Source of the DNA: Clostridia bacterium
GTDB taxonomy: Bacteria > Bacillota > Clostridia > Christensenellales > QALW01
Reading direction: 5' to 3'
Assembly (NCBI GenBank): GCA_045600145.1
Contig: JAZRXI010000087.1
Location: forward strand, 1 to 61,723
Length of the DNA stretch: 61,723 bases
Positions 9,835-18,929 of this stretch are shown here, piece by piece. The translations under genes were made by a program, and so were the position numbers. Within the stretch, counting starts at the first letter, position 1. Every line of letters starts with the position of its first letter. The notes beneath the pieces were generated by a model. That model was not told the origin of the DNA. It saw only the letters and a list, made by a program, of their open reading frames with translations, and made no database searches.

Positions 9835-10257
9835 ATGAACAGAGTAATTCTTATAGGAAGATTAACGAAAGACCCCGAATTGCGCGCTACCGGCAGCGGA
9901 ATATCCGTATGTCAGTTTACGCTCGCGGTAGACCGCCGTTTCGCAAATCGTGAAACACAGCAGAAAGAAGCTGATTTTATTCCGATCGTTGTTTGGAGAG
10001 CACAAGCCGAGAACTGCGCCAAATATCTGCAAAAAGGCAGTCAGGCAGCTGTATGCGGCTCCATTCAGACACGTTCATATGATGCTAACGACGGCACAAA
10101 GCGTTACATTACAGAGGTAATTGCCGATGAGGTGCAGTTCCTCTCAAGCCGTAATTCGAATTCAGGTAACGATGATGCCGCAAGAGCGGCAAGCTTGGGT
10201 AATCCTCCGTTCGGCGAAAATATGCAAGCCGTTGATGAGGAGGAAATCCCATTTTAA
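9835..10257 (+). CDS. ssb: Single-stranded DNA-binding protein
   Basis: [19 protein letters not shown]-fold N-terminus and an acidic C-terminal tip (DEEEIPF). Confidence 0.95.
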   Translation: MNRVILIGRLTKDPELRATGSGISVCQFTLAVDRRFANRETQQKEADFIPIVVWRAQAENCAKYLQKGSQAAVCGSIQTRSYDANDGTKRYITEVIADEVQFLSSRNSNSGNDDAARAASLGNPPFGENMQAVDEEEIPF

Positions 10258-10272
10258 TTAAAACAGGAGGTA

Positions 10273-10527
10273 ATGACGATGTCCGAAAAGGATTTTAAGA
10301 AGATTCGCGGCAACCGCAAACCCAGAAGAAAGGTTTGCCAATTCTGCGCTGATAAGGTTGAGTCCATTGATTACAAGGACGTTGCAAAGCTTCGCAAATT
10401 CATAAGCGAACGCGGCAAGATCCAGCCCCGCAGAATGACAGGCACCTGCGCAAAACATCAGCGTGAGCTCGCTACCGCTATCAAGCGTGCGCGTACGGTA
10501 GCTCTTCTTCCTTACAGCGTTGACTGA
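10273..10527 (+). CDS. rpsR: 30S ribosomal protein S18
   Basis: [47 protein letters not shown] is a classic S18 sequence. The true start may be the ATG at 10279. Confidence 0.95.
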   Translation: MTMSEKDFKKIRGNRKPRRKVCQFCADKVESIDYKDVAKLRKFISERGKIQPRRMTGTCAKHQRELATAIKRARTVALLPYSVD

Positions 10528-10553
10528 TTTACGTTTGCAGAGTTTTATAAAAT

Positions 10554-10587
10554 AAGCGAAGGTGTAACAACTTTCGCTTTATTTTTT
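10554..10587 (+). terminator. Terminator after rpsR
   Basis: AAGCGAA / TTCGCTT stem followed by TATTTTTT. Confidence 0.55.
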
Positions 10588-10657
10588 CAGTGCTTTATCA
10601 TAAATTTATCATATTGCGGAATTATAATATAAAAAAAGGTAATGAGGAGCAGGAAAT

Positions 10658-12277
10658 ATGTACGGGGATAACGATTGGGATAACGACCCTTTTTCGGGTA
10701 CCAATGCAGCGAACGGAAATACTGTAGACGTCGGGCAGAACGATGGGCAGACATCAAACGGCAGCGGTGTTGCTTACCGCAATGATTCTGCCGATGATAC
10801 TGTAAATAACGGAGCATACGGTAATTCTGCAGGAGACACTTACGGTGACACGGGAACGCATATGAATGAAACGCATATGAATGAAAAACGTGTTTACGGC
10901 GATGCGGGAGCAAATGTGAACGATAACCAATATGGCGGTGCATACGACAACGGCACGCAAGGGAGAACATCCGATATCCGCTACACATATAATCCGAACA
11001 GTTCTTACAATAATCAGGGAACGCCTTACGATACAACTATCGGTAACGGCAAAAAGAAAAAGAAGAAGGGCAACGGCTTTTTTATCTCAATAATAGCCGT
11101 TCTGCTTTGCATAACAGTAGGCGCGGCAGGCGTAAGTATTTGGTCACTGCTCAATTCCGGCAGCAGCGGGTCGGAAATTCCTTCGCCCGACTCAACGTTT
11201 TCGCCCAATCAGACACCGGGAGAGGGAGAAGATAAAGGCGCTGCATTTGATAATGTAGTCTACATCGCACCGACGCCTACACCGCAGGTGATCGAAGGGC
11301 AGATGCTCACACCTCAACAAGCGGCAGACAAGGTCATTCCGAGTGTTGTATGCATCCAATGCTATACTACATCAAGCTCTTATTTCGGCGGAACGAACAC
11401 GTCATCACTTTACAGTGAAGGCAGCGGGATAATCAGCCGTGCCGACGGATATATAATCACAAACGCACACGTTATCAAGAACGCATCTTCCGTACATGCG
11501 GTGCTGAATAACGGGACGACTTGTGATGCCGAGGTTATCGGCTACGATACCGTAACAGACATCGCACTTTTGAAAATAAAACCCGACGGATTGAACCTTG
11601 TTCCCGCAACATTTACATCGGTCAGCAACTGCCATGTCGCTGACACGGTTCTTGCGATAGGAAATCCCGGCGGAATAGAGTTTTTCTCATCGGTCACACA
11701 GGGCATCATTTCGTGTGTGAATCGCGTTATGCAGGATCAGGAAACGGGCTATGTGATGCATTGCATACAGACTGATACGGCAATCAACCCCGGCAACAGC
11801 GGCGGACCGCTTATTGACCTGTACGGAAATGTTATCGGAATAACGTCATCGAAGATCGTATCGGAGGAATATGAGAACATGGGCTTTGCCATAACCTACG
11901 ACGAAGCTGAGCCTATCGTGACAGATCTTCTGCATTACGGACACGTTAAAAACCGTGCGACTATAAATATAACGCTCGCGTTGCCGTCAAGCGTGTTCAG
12001 AATGACGGGCTGGAATGCGATACCGACGGGACTTTGCATTACTGCGATATCGGGCGATAATGAGGCCAACGCCGGATTGCAGACATACGATATCATATAC
12101 GCGATAGATGATGTTCAAATAACCTCAATGTCAGATTATTCATCGTATCTGCTGTCTAAAAAACCGGGTGATAAAGTCAAGCTTACGATATATCGCGCGA
12201 CGATAAACGGATGGTCGGTGCAGTATTCAAACACACCGATAAACATAGAGCTTGCACTTTCGGAAGCGACATCTTGA
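10658..12277 (+). CDS. htrA: Membrane-anchored HtrA/DegP-family serine protease with a C-terminal PDZ domain
   Basis: Catalytic triad context TNAHV, DIALLKI and GNSGGPL. Low-complexity N-terminus, a K-run, then a TM segment (FFISIIAVLLCITVGAAGV). Confidence 0.85.
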   Translation: MYGDNDWDNDPFSGTNAANGNTVDVGQNDGQTSNGSGVAYRNDSADDTVNNGAYGNSAGDTYGDTGTHMNETHMNEKRVYGDAGANVNDNQYGGAYDNGTQGRTSDIRYTYNPNSSYNNQGTPYDTTIGNGKKKKKKGNGFFISIIAVLLCITVGAAGVSIWSLLNSGSSGSEIPSPDSTFSPNQTPGEGEDKGAAFDNVVYIAPTPTPQVIEGQMLTPQQAADKVIPSVVCIQCYTTSSSYFGGTNTSSLYSEGSGIISRADGYIITNAHVIKNASSVHAVLNNGTTCDAEVIGYDTVTDIALLKIKPDGLNLVPATFTSVSNCHVADTVLAIGNPGGIEFFSSVTQGIISCVNRVMQDQETGYVMHCIQTDTAINPGNSGGPLIDLYGNVIGITSSKIVSEEYENMGFAITYDEAEPIVTDLLHYGHVKNRATINITLALPSSVFRMTGWNAIPTGLCITAISGDNEANAGLQTYDIIYAIDDVQITSMSDYSSYLLSKKPGDKVKLTIYRATINGWSVQYSNTPINIELALSEATS

Positions 12278-12286
12278 CGTTTTATA

Positions 12287-12317
12287 AAACAGAAGCGGCT
12301 TTTCGCTTCTGTTTTTC
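12287..12317 (+). terminator. Terminator after htrA
   Basis: AAACAGAAGCG / CGCTTCTGTTT stem followed by Ts. Confidence 0.7.
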
Positions 12318-12394
12318 GAATTTTCAATCTTTTTTAATACAAAACTATAGCGCTAAATAAAAGTTTTTGTTATAATACTGTGAGGGTGACATAA

Positions 12395-12853
12395 ATGAGC
12401 CTGATAGACGATTCGTTTTTTATTAAACTTGAAAAAAAACACAGCGTATCACTTGTAGTTTTCTTTGTACTTATCGCGATATGTGTGACGTGCTATGTGA
12501 TATCTTTTTATTCCGCAAATCTGTTTGTTTCGCTCGGCGTCGGTATAGCATCGGTGACCATATGTATACTATTCTACTATGGCAATGTTTTTGAAAAACA
12601 GCGCCTTTTAAGGCTTCGCAGGGATATTTCATGCGGTTTGGCACAGGAGGACAGCTATGTGTTCGATAAGCTTGACGGAGCTACCGAGCATGATGGTGTA
12701 AGACTGATGCGTGTCCGTGCCTTTTATCCCGGACAGGATAACGACTATGACCGTACACTTTATTTTATCGAAGCTTTGCCGTACCCCGAACTGCACAAAG
12801 GACAGAAAATAACTGTTAAAACTTACAGAAATATAATAACGGATATTGAATAA
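12395..12853 (+). CDS. Hypothetical two-TM membrane protein
   Basis: ORF with two hydrophobic segments and a soluble C-terminal domain. No recognisable family. Confidence 0.4.
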   Translation: MSLIDDSFFIKLEKKHSVSLVVFFVLIAICVTCYVISFYSANLFVSLGVGIASVTICILFYYGNVFEKQRLLRLRRDISCGLAQEDSYVFDKLDGATEHDGVRLMRVRAFYPGQDNDYDRTLYFIEALPYPELHKGQKITVKTYRNIITDIE

Positions 12854-12876
12854 ATGAACTGAACGGATGCGAAAAA

Positions 12877-14445
12877 ATGAAACATACGCCATTAAAGTAT
12901 GAAGAATTGACCGCAGAACAAAAAATCGGCATGACACTCATGGGTGCAGGCGGAAGTCCCGGGTTTACACAGTTTCCGTATGCAATCGAAAAAATTAAAA
13001 AGCGCGAGCTCGGTACTGTTTGGGTCATAAGTGACCAATATGATGCGCCGGAGCATTTCCGTGAGCATATAAAACAAATCCACGAAGCCGCGGATTATCC
13101 CGTTCTTGTGATCATGGACGCGGAGCGCGGTTACGGAGAATTCCGAATAGGAAGGCAAATGGCACTCGGATATGTTGACGATGCCGATTTGACTTATCGC
13201 TTTGCACGCGCTGTCGGTGCAAGAGCGAGGGAGGATGGTTACACCGGCATATGCAGTCCGATTCTCGACCCGGGCGGCTTGGATGTTATTTGTCCCACAC
13301 GGTCGTTCAATCTTGATAAGGAAGGCATCCTCCGTCACGGCAGAGCGTATATTCAGGGCTTGCACGATGCGGGTGTTTTGTCTATCGTAAAACACTTCCC
13401 ATCGTTGGGGTCAAAGGTCGATACACATCTTTTCGAAGGTCATTGCGATTTGACAAAAGAGGAAATAATCAACACCAATCTCTATCCGTATATTCAGCTT
13501 TGCAAGGAAGGGCTTATTGACGGTATTATGTCGGGACATTCGGTCGCGTACAGCATAGACCCCGAGAATCCGGCAACCTTTTCAACGAAAGTCATGAATA
13601 TTATCAAAGACAACGGCTTTGACGGTTTTTTTATTACCGATGATATGTCTATGCTGGGCATTTGCGCAAAATACGGCACCGAACGATTCAGTAAATGTAT
13701 TGCAAGCGGTGCGGATATTTGTCTTGAATGGAACACCGAGGATGCCGAAAAAGAAATCAATCGCGCAATCAATGCGGGTTCACTTCCGATGGAAAGAATC
13801 GACGATGCTGCCAAAAGAATCATACGCGCGCAGGAAAAAATCACAAGGCTTACTCCGTATAAGCTGACAGAAGCAGATTTTGATGTCGCCGAAGAAGTAA
13901 ACAGACGCAGCATTTGTCAAATCACAAAAAATGGCGTTCCCGCGTCTATCCCGCAAGGCGGCAAGCATCTGTTCGTTCTTATGACCGAACAGAATACGGA
14001 TTTTTCCGCCGCTAAGAGCGCGACTGCCATGGTAGAACAGGGTGATTGGCTGAATCCAGTTACACTTTCAGATCATATAAAAAGCCGCTTTCCGAATTCC
14101 GGAGTCATAACGGTAAAGGAATTTCCCGACCGCATCGAGATGTGCAACGCAGTCCACGACGCACTTAAGTATGACGATACGGTTCTTGTTTACTTCAGTA
14201 ATTGGCAGAGCTATGTGGGCGGTGAAAGCCTTACACCGAGGATCGTTGCGCTTGCGGAATCGCTTTATCAGGCAAACCGCGCGAAGTCGCTTGTTTTCTA
14301 CGGAAATCCGAACTTGCTGTCCAAGTTACCTGATTTTGACCGAATAATCGCAGGATGCAATAATCAAGCGAATACAAAGTATTGTATCGACGTGCTTGCC
14401 GGTATTATTCCCGCAGAGGGAAAATTACCTTACGACATTAAATAA
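12877..14445 (+). CDS. Glycoside hydrolase family 3 (NagZ-like beta-N-acetylhexosaminidase/beta-glucosidase)
   Basis: KHFPSLGS..DTH and ITDDMSMLG motifs are typical of the GH3 N-terminal domain. Confidence 0.75.
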   Translation: MKHTPLKYEELTAEQKIGMTLMGAGGSPGFTQFPYAIEKIKKRELGTVWVISDQYDAPEHFREHIKQIHEAADYPVLVIMDAERGYGEFRIGRQMALGYVDDADLTYRFARAVGARAREDGYTGICSPILDPGGLDVICPTRSFNLDKEGILRHGRAYIQGLHDAGVLSIVKHFPSLGSKVDTHLFEGHCDLTKEEIINTNLYPYIQLCKEGLIDGIMSGHSVAYSIDPENPATFSTKVMNIIKDNGFDGFFITDDMSMLGICAKYGTERFSKCIASGADICLEWNTEDAEKEINRAINAGSLPMERIDDAAKRIIRAQEKITRLTPYKLTEADFDVAEEVNRRSICQITKNGVPASIPQGGKHLFVLMTEQNTDFSAAKSATAMVEQGDWLNPVTLSDHIKSRFPNSGVITVKEFPDRIEMCNAVHDALKYDDTVLVYFSNWQSYVGGESLTPRIVALAESLYQANRAKSLVFYGNPNLLSKLPDFDRIIAGCNNQANTKYCIDVLAGIIPAEGKLPYDIK

Positions 14446-14457
14446 AGGAGATATACA

Positions 14458-14721
14458 ATGAAAGCTTTTTTGACCGTACTCGGACCCGATCGCGTCGGCA
14501 TTATCGCCGATGTCAGCACACGCCTTGCTTCATACAAGGTAAACATTCTCGATATCACACAGACTATTTTGCATGATTACTTTTCAATGGTCATGTTTAT
14601 TGACCTGACGGAAAGCACGATAGACATTGCAGGTCTGCAAGCGGAGTTTAAGGATTTCGACAAGAATCTTGAAGTACGCATACAGAACGAAGATATTTTC
14701 AATAGTATGCACCGTATTTGA
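14458..14721 (+). CDS. ACT domain protein (UPF0237 family)
   Basis: 87 aa (MKAFLTVLGPDRVGIIADVS...), in the conserved pairing with the downstream UPF0210 gene. Confidence 0.8.
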   Translation: MKAFLTVLGPDRVGIIADVSTRLASYKVNILDITQTILHDYFSMVMFIDLTESTIDIAGLQAEFKDFDKNLEVRIQNEDIFNSMHRI

Positions 14722-14727
14722 TGAGGT

Positions 14728-16092
14728 TTGAAAATGATAAACTTTAATGAAGTTACCGAAACAATAGCTATGCTTGATAACCAGCATCTTGATGTCCGCA
14801 CGGTGACGATGGGCATTTCACTTTTCGACTGTGCCGACAGCGATGCAAAAAAAGCATGTCAGCGTATTTATGACAAAATATGCTTTAAGGCTGAGAATCT
14901 TGTTGCCGAAACTGAAAAAATAGAAAAAACTCTCGGCATCCCGATAGTCAATAAACGTATATCCGTTACGCCAATTGCTCATATAGCTTCGGCTTCACGT
15001 GTGAACGATGCGGTCTGCTTTGCACTTACACTTGAAAAAGCGGCGCAGGCGGTCGGAGTGAATTTTTTGGGCGGATATTCGGCGCTTGTACATAAGGGCA
15101 TCACACCGGGAGATGAAGCACTTATCAACAGCATCCCGGAGGCTCTTGCCGTAACGGAGCATATATGTTCATCTGTGAATATCGGCTCGACCCGTGCCGG
15201 AATCAATATGGACGCGGTACAGAAAATGGGCAGGATCGTGCGCGAAACCGCCGAACGCACAAAGGATAACGGCTGTATCGGCTGCGCGAAGCTCGTGGTG
15301 TTCTGTAATGCCGTTGAAGACAATCCGTTCATGGCGGGCGCGTTTCTCGGCGGCGGTGAGGGCGATTGCGTCATCAATGTCGGCGTAAGCGGACCCGGAG
15401 TTGTAAAGTGTGCTATCGAAAAGCTTCCCGATGCAACGCTTGGCGAGCTTGCAGAGGAAATCAAAAAGACGGCATTCAAAATCACACGTATGGGTCAGCT
15501 TGTTGCCACGCGCGCGGCAAAGGCACTTAATGCGCAGTTCGGAATCGTCGATCTGTCACTTGCACCTACCCCCACGATGGGCGACAGTGTAGCGCATATC
15601 CTTGAGGAAATGGGACTTGAGTCAACGGGAGGTCCGGGTACGACCGCCGCGCTTGCGATGCTTAACGATGCCGTCAAGAAGGGCGGAGTTATGGCATCAA
15701 GCTACGTCGGCGGACTTTCGGGGGCATTCATTCCCGTCAGCGAGGATATCGGTATGATAAATGCCGCGCAGAGCGGTAACCTGACGCTTGAAAAGCTTGA
15801 GGCGATGACTTGCGTATGCTCGGTGGGACTTGATATGATAGCCATTCCGGGTGATACGAGCGCCGCAACGATTTCGGGAATAATTGCCGATGAAGCAGCT
15901 ATCGGCATGGTAAATTCCAAAACTACGGCAGTGCGTGTCATACCGGTTATAGGTAAGGGTGTAGGTGAGTCGGTCAGCTTCGGCGGACTGCTCGGAGAAG
16001 CACCGATCATGCCTGTCAATATAACATCGTGCGATAAATTTATTTCGCGCGCGGGACGTATTCCGGCTCCGCTTCAAAGTCTTAAAAACTGA
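14728..16092 (+). CDS. PFL-like UPF0210 (DUF711) family protein
   Basis: 454 aa; the sequence ([12 protein letters not shown]..., [13 protein letters not shown]) fits UPF0210. It is immediately downstream of the ACT protein. Confidence 0.8.
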   Translation: MKMINFNEVTETIAMLDNQHLDVRTVTMGISLFDCADSDAKKACQRIYDKICFKAENLVAETEKIEKTLGIPIVNKRISVTPIAHIASASRVNDAVCFALTLEKAAQAVGVNFLGGYSALVHKGITPGDEALINSIPEALAVTEHICSSVNIGSTRAGINMDAVQKMGRIVRETAERTKDNGCIGCAKLVVFCNAVEDNPFMAGAFLGGGEGDCVINVGVSGPGVVKCAIEKLPDATLGELAEEIKKTAFKITRMGQLVATRAAKALNAQFGIVDLSLAPTPTMGDSVAHILEEMGLESTGGPGTTAALAMLNDAVKKGGVMASSYVGGLSGAFIPVSEDIGMINAAQSGNLTLEKLEAMTCVCSVGLDMIAIPGDTSAATISGIIADEAAIGMVNSKTTAVRVIPVIGKGVGESVSFGGLLGEAPIMPVNITSCDKFISRAGRIPAPLQSLKN

Positions 16093-16373
16093 TGAAAAAA
16101 GCACGCAATATTTTATGGCTGCTGTTTCCGGTGATGATAATACTGCAAGTGGTGTTATCGTATGCACACGTTATCCGTTCGTTTATTGTCGCCGATATAT
16201 TCGTTTCACTTGTTTTTATGCTTCCGATCACCGCAATGCTTTTGCAGACGATAATGAACAGGGAAAAAAATCTCGATAACTCAATGTATATCGTAAAGCT
16301 TACATTTGTCGGCTTACTGTATCTTATGGTGCTGTTTATGTTTGCGTTTACGTTGCTCGGCGGTAGAATATGA
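16092..16373 (+). CDS. Hypothetical small membrane protein
   Basis: 93 aa with three hydrophobic segments. Its start overlaps the upstream stop. Confidence 0.4.
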   Translation: MKKARNILWLLFPVMIILQVVLSYAHVIRSFIVADIFVSLVFMLPITAMLLQTIMNREKNLDNSMYIVKLTFVGLLYLMVLFMFAFTLLGGRI

Positions 16374-17074
16374 AAAAAGAAACGGTAACAAAGATTCTGT
16401 ATTATTTTGTGCTCGCAAGCTTTATCATCCCGATTGCGTATCTTGTTTGGCGGATAGCGTCCGGGGTAGAAGGGTCAAAATCCCGTGCCGATTATGCTTT
16501 GATGCTCGTTCAATGTGCGCTCGGAGCGCTTGTCATACATTTGCCGTCATTCCTTGAGAGAAAATTCAAACTTGAGATTCCTGCATTTCTGTACATAATG
16601 TACATAATTTTCTTGTATTGCGCGATTTTTCTCGGCGAAGTCAGAAGCTTCTACTATATCGTACCGCATTGGGATGATTTTCTGCATTGCTGTTCAAGTA
16701 TGATGACGGGAATGTTCGGCTTTATGCTCGTTTCAATACTGAACCGCAATCGGCATGTGGCTATCAGACTGTCACCCGCGTTTATAGCGTTGTTCGCGTT
16801 TTCCTTTTCAGTGACCTTTGGTGCGCTGTGGGAAATATATGAATTTGCGTTTGACGGGATAATGGGACTCAATATGCAGAAATTTGCGCTTGAAAGCGGC
16901 GAACAGCTCATCGGACACGAAGCACTGCGCGATACAATGAGCGATATCATTGTCGATTGCTGTGGCGCATTCGTTGCTTCTTTCATAGGCTTTCTTTCAC
17001 TTAAGCTCAAAAAAGGCTGGACGTATTCCGTTATTTCCGATGAAAAAGCGCATGGAAAAGAAGAAAATAATTGA
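16370..17074 (+). CDS. Polytopic membrane protein (possibly YjdF/DUF2238-like)
   Basis: 234 aa with multiple TM segments and a 4-nt overlap with the upstream ORF. Family assignment is tentative. Confidence 0.45.
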   Translation: MKKETVTKILYYFVLASFIIPIAYLVWRIASGVEGSKSRADYALMLVQCALGALVIHLPSFLERKFKLEIPAFLYIMYIIFLYCAIFLGEVRSFYYIVPHWDDFLHCCSSMMTGMFGFMLVSILNRNRHVAIRLSPAFIALFAFSFSVTFGALWEIYEFAFDGIMGLNMQKFALESGEQLIGHEALRDTMSDIIVDCCGAFVASFIGFLSLKLKKGWTYSVISDEKAHGKEENN

Positions 17075-17221
17075 TTTTTATAAAAATGTGATTTGCTTGT
17101 TTGATAAAAAACATCGCCTGAATGGCGATGTTTTGGTTTATAGAAAAATCCTAAACCTCGCTTGAGATTTAGGATTTTCGGCAAGCTGAGCATTGTTGCC
17201 ATTGCTGCCATGATGCTTTTT

Positions 17222-17310
17222 TGGTGCCGAAGACCGGGATCGAACCGGTACGGGTGTCACCACCCACGGGATTTTAAGTCCCGGGCGTCTGCCAGTTCCG
17301 CCACTCCGGC
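17222..17310 (-). tRNA. tRNA-Leu (anticodon UAA), CCA encoded
   Basis: The reverse complement folds as a cloverleaf. Acceptor GCCGGAG/CTTCGGC, anticodon stem CGGGA/TCCCG with loop CTTAAAA, a long variable arm, and T-arm with GGTTCGATCC. Confidence 0.9.
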
Positions 17311-17428
17311 AGTCAGCTTAAACAGCCCGGTTTATAACGTATCCAAACTGTTTGAGCTTCAAGTACATATATTATACATAAAAATATTTTTCAAGTCAAC
17401 CTATTTGCGGGAAAATCCGAAAAATTTT

Positions 17429-18871
17429 TCATTTTCTTCCGTAGAGGTCGTTCCATAAGTTGAATTTGTTTTTGTCGATTGTGTTGAGCTGTTCTCGCGT
17501 TATACGGTAGCTCCAATTTCCGTCGCGACAACCGGGTTTGTTGAGGCGTGTATCGCTTCCGTAAAGCAGGATATCCTGCACGGGAAGAATAAATAACTCC
17601 GAATGACTGGCGAACATCGTGCGCAGGATGCTGTCGTAGCATTTGTTCCAATCATCGCCCTCAAAGCCGCAATATGCAAGCAGGCGTCTGCGGGTAAAAT
17701 CGTCAAGCTCCCAAACATAGCCGAGCAAGGTGTTATTATCGTGAGTGCCCGTGTACGAAACACAGCTCTCATCATAATTATGCGGCAAATGCGGCGATTC
17801 CTTATCGCCGAAAAACGCGAACTGCAATACGCGCATTCCCGGGAATCCGCTGTCCGACACAAGCTTATGTACCTCCGGCGTTATATCACCGAGATCCTCG
17901 GCGATTATGAAAGTATCTCCGCACACCTCTTTTATCGCGTTGACAAGCTTCATGCCGGGTCCATTTATCCATTTGCCGTTGCGCGCCGTAGCCTCGTTTG
18001 CGGGGATGCTGTAATAGCTTTCAAGCCCGCGGAAATGATCTATGCGCACGCCGTCGAAAAGCTCGGACATAAAGCTCATGCGTTGTTTCCACCACATAAA
18101 CCCGTCCTTTTCCATCGCATCCCAATCATAGAGCGGATTGCCCCAGAGCTGACCGTCGGCACAGAAATAATCCGGCGGAACACCCGCGACGCATGATGGC
18201 TTGCCGTCTTTATCGAGTTGAAACTGTGACGGTGCGTTCCACACATCGGCGCTGTCCCACGCTACATATATCGGAATATCTCCGATTATGCGGATACCCT
18301 TTTTATTTGCGTACTCCTTAAGCTCTGCCCACTGAGTAAAAAATTCATACTGCGTAAAGCACCATGCGTTGTAAGCTTCCGCATCAAATGTTTTCTCCGT
18401 CCACTCAGTCCACGGCTTCTGCCAGTTGGCTTCCTTGAAAGCCATATAACGGCAAAATGCTTCTGTCTGCGGATGTTTAAGCAAAAATGTGCGTATTTTG
18501 TCTTTTTCGCTAAAACGCGACGCGGCTTTTTTCAACAAGTCAAAACGTTCGGAATGCAGTCGGTCAAATTCACAGCTGTACGGCGTATGCTGCTTTGCCG
18601 CTTGCAGTTCATCATTCGTAAGCAATCCACGATTTTGAAGCTGAACAATGTCGATAAAAAACGGATTGCCGCTGAATGAGCTGTACGATTTGTACGGGGA
18701 ATTATATTCATCAGGAAGGCAAAACGGAAGTACTTGCCAATACGAAAAGCCGCAAGAGGATAAAAAGTCTATCCACTCCCTTGCTTCACGTCCGAATGAG
18801 CCCTCCGAATAATCTCCCCACAGAGAGGAAACGTGCATAAGCACACCGCTTGAACGTTTCATGAGTTTCAC
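17429..18871 (-). CDS. malQ: 4-alpha-glucanotransferase (amylomaltase, GH77)
   Basis: 480 aa. GVLMHVSSLWG..., IGDIPIYV and the overall layout are typical of MalQ. Confidence 0.85.
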   Translation of the reverse strand: MKLMKRSSGVLMHVSSLWGDYSEGSFGREAREWIDFLSSCGFSYWQVLPFCLPDEYNSPYKSYSSFSGNPFFIDIVQLQNRGLLTNDELQAAKQHTPYSCEFDRLHSERFDLLKKAASRFSEKDKIRTFLLKHPQTEAFCRYMAFKEANWQKPWTEWTEKTFDAEAYNAWCFTQYEFFTQWAELKEYANKKGIRIIGDIPIYVAWDSADVWNAPSQFQLDKDGKPSCVAGVPPDYFCADGQLWGNPLYDWDAMEKDGFMWWKQRMSFMSELFDGVRIDHFRGLESYYSIPANEATARNGKWINGPGMKLVNAIKEVCGDTFIIAEDLGDITPEVHKLVSDSGFPGMRVLQFAFFGDKESPHLPHNYDESCVSYTGTHDNNTLLGYVWELDDFTRRRLLAYCGFEGDDWNKCYDSILRTMFASHSELFILPVQDILLYGSDTRLNKPGCRDGNWSYRITREQLNTIDKNKFNLWNDLYGRK

Positions 18872-18929
18872 CTATCTTTCGTGATCATGAAACGATTATA
18901 TCAGATTTTTCGCGCAAATGCAATGCTTT

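Noticed and set aside
17162-17458. 98-aa + strand ORF
   Set aside because: It runs straight through tRNA-Leu (17222-17310) and an intergenic region, so it is not coding.
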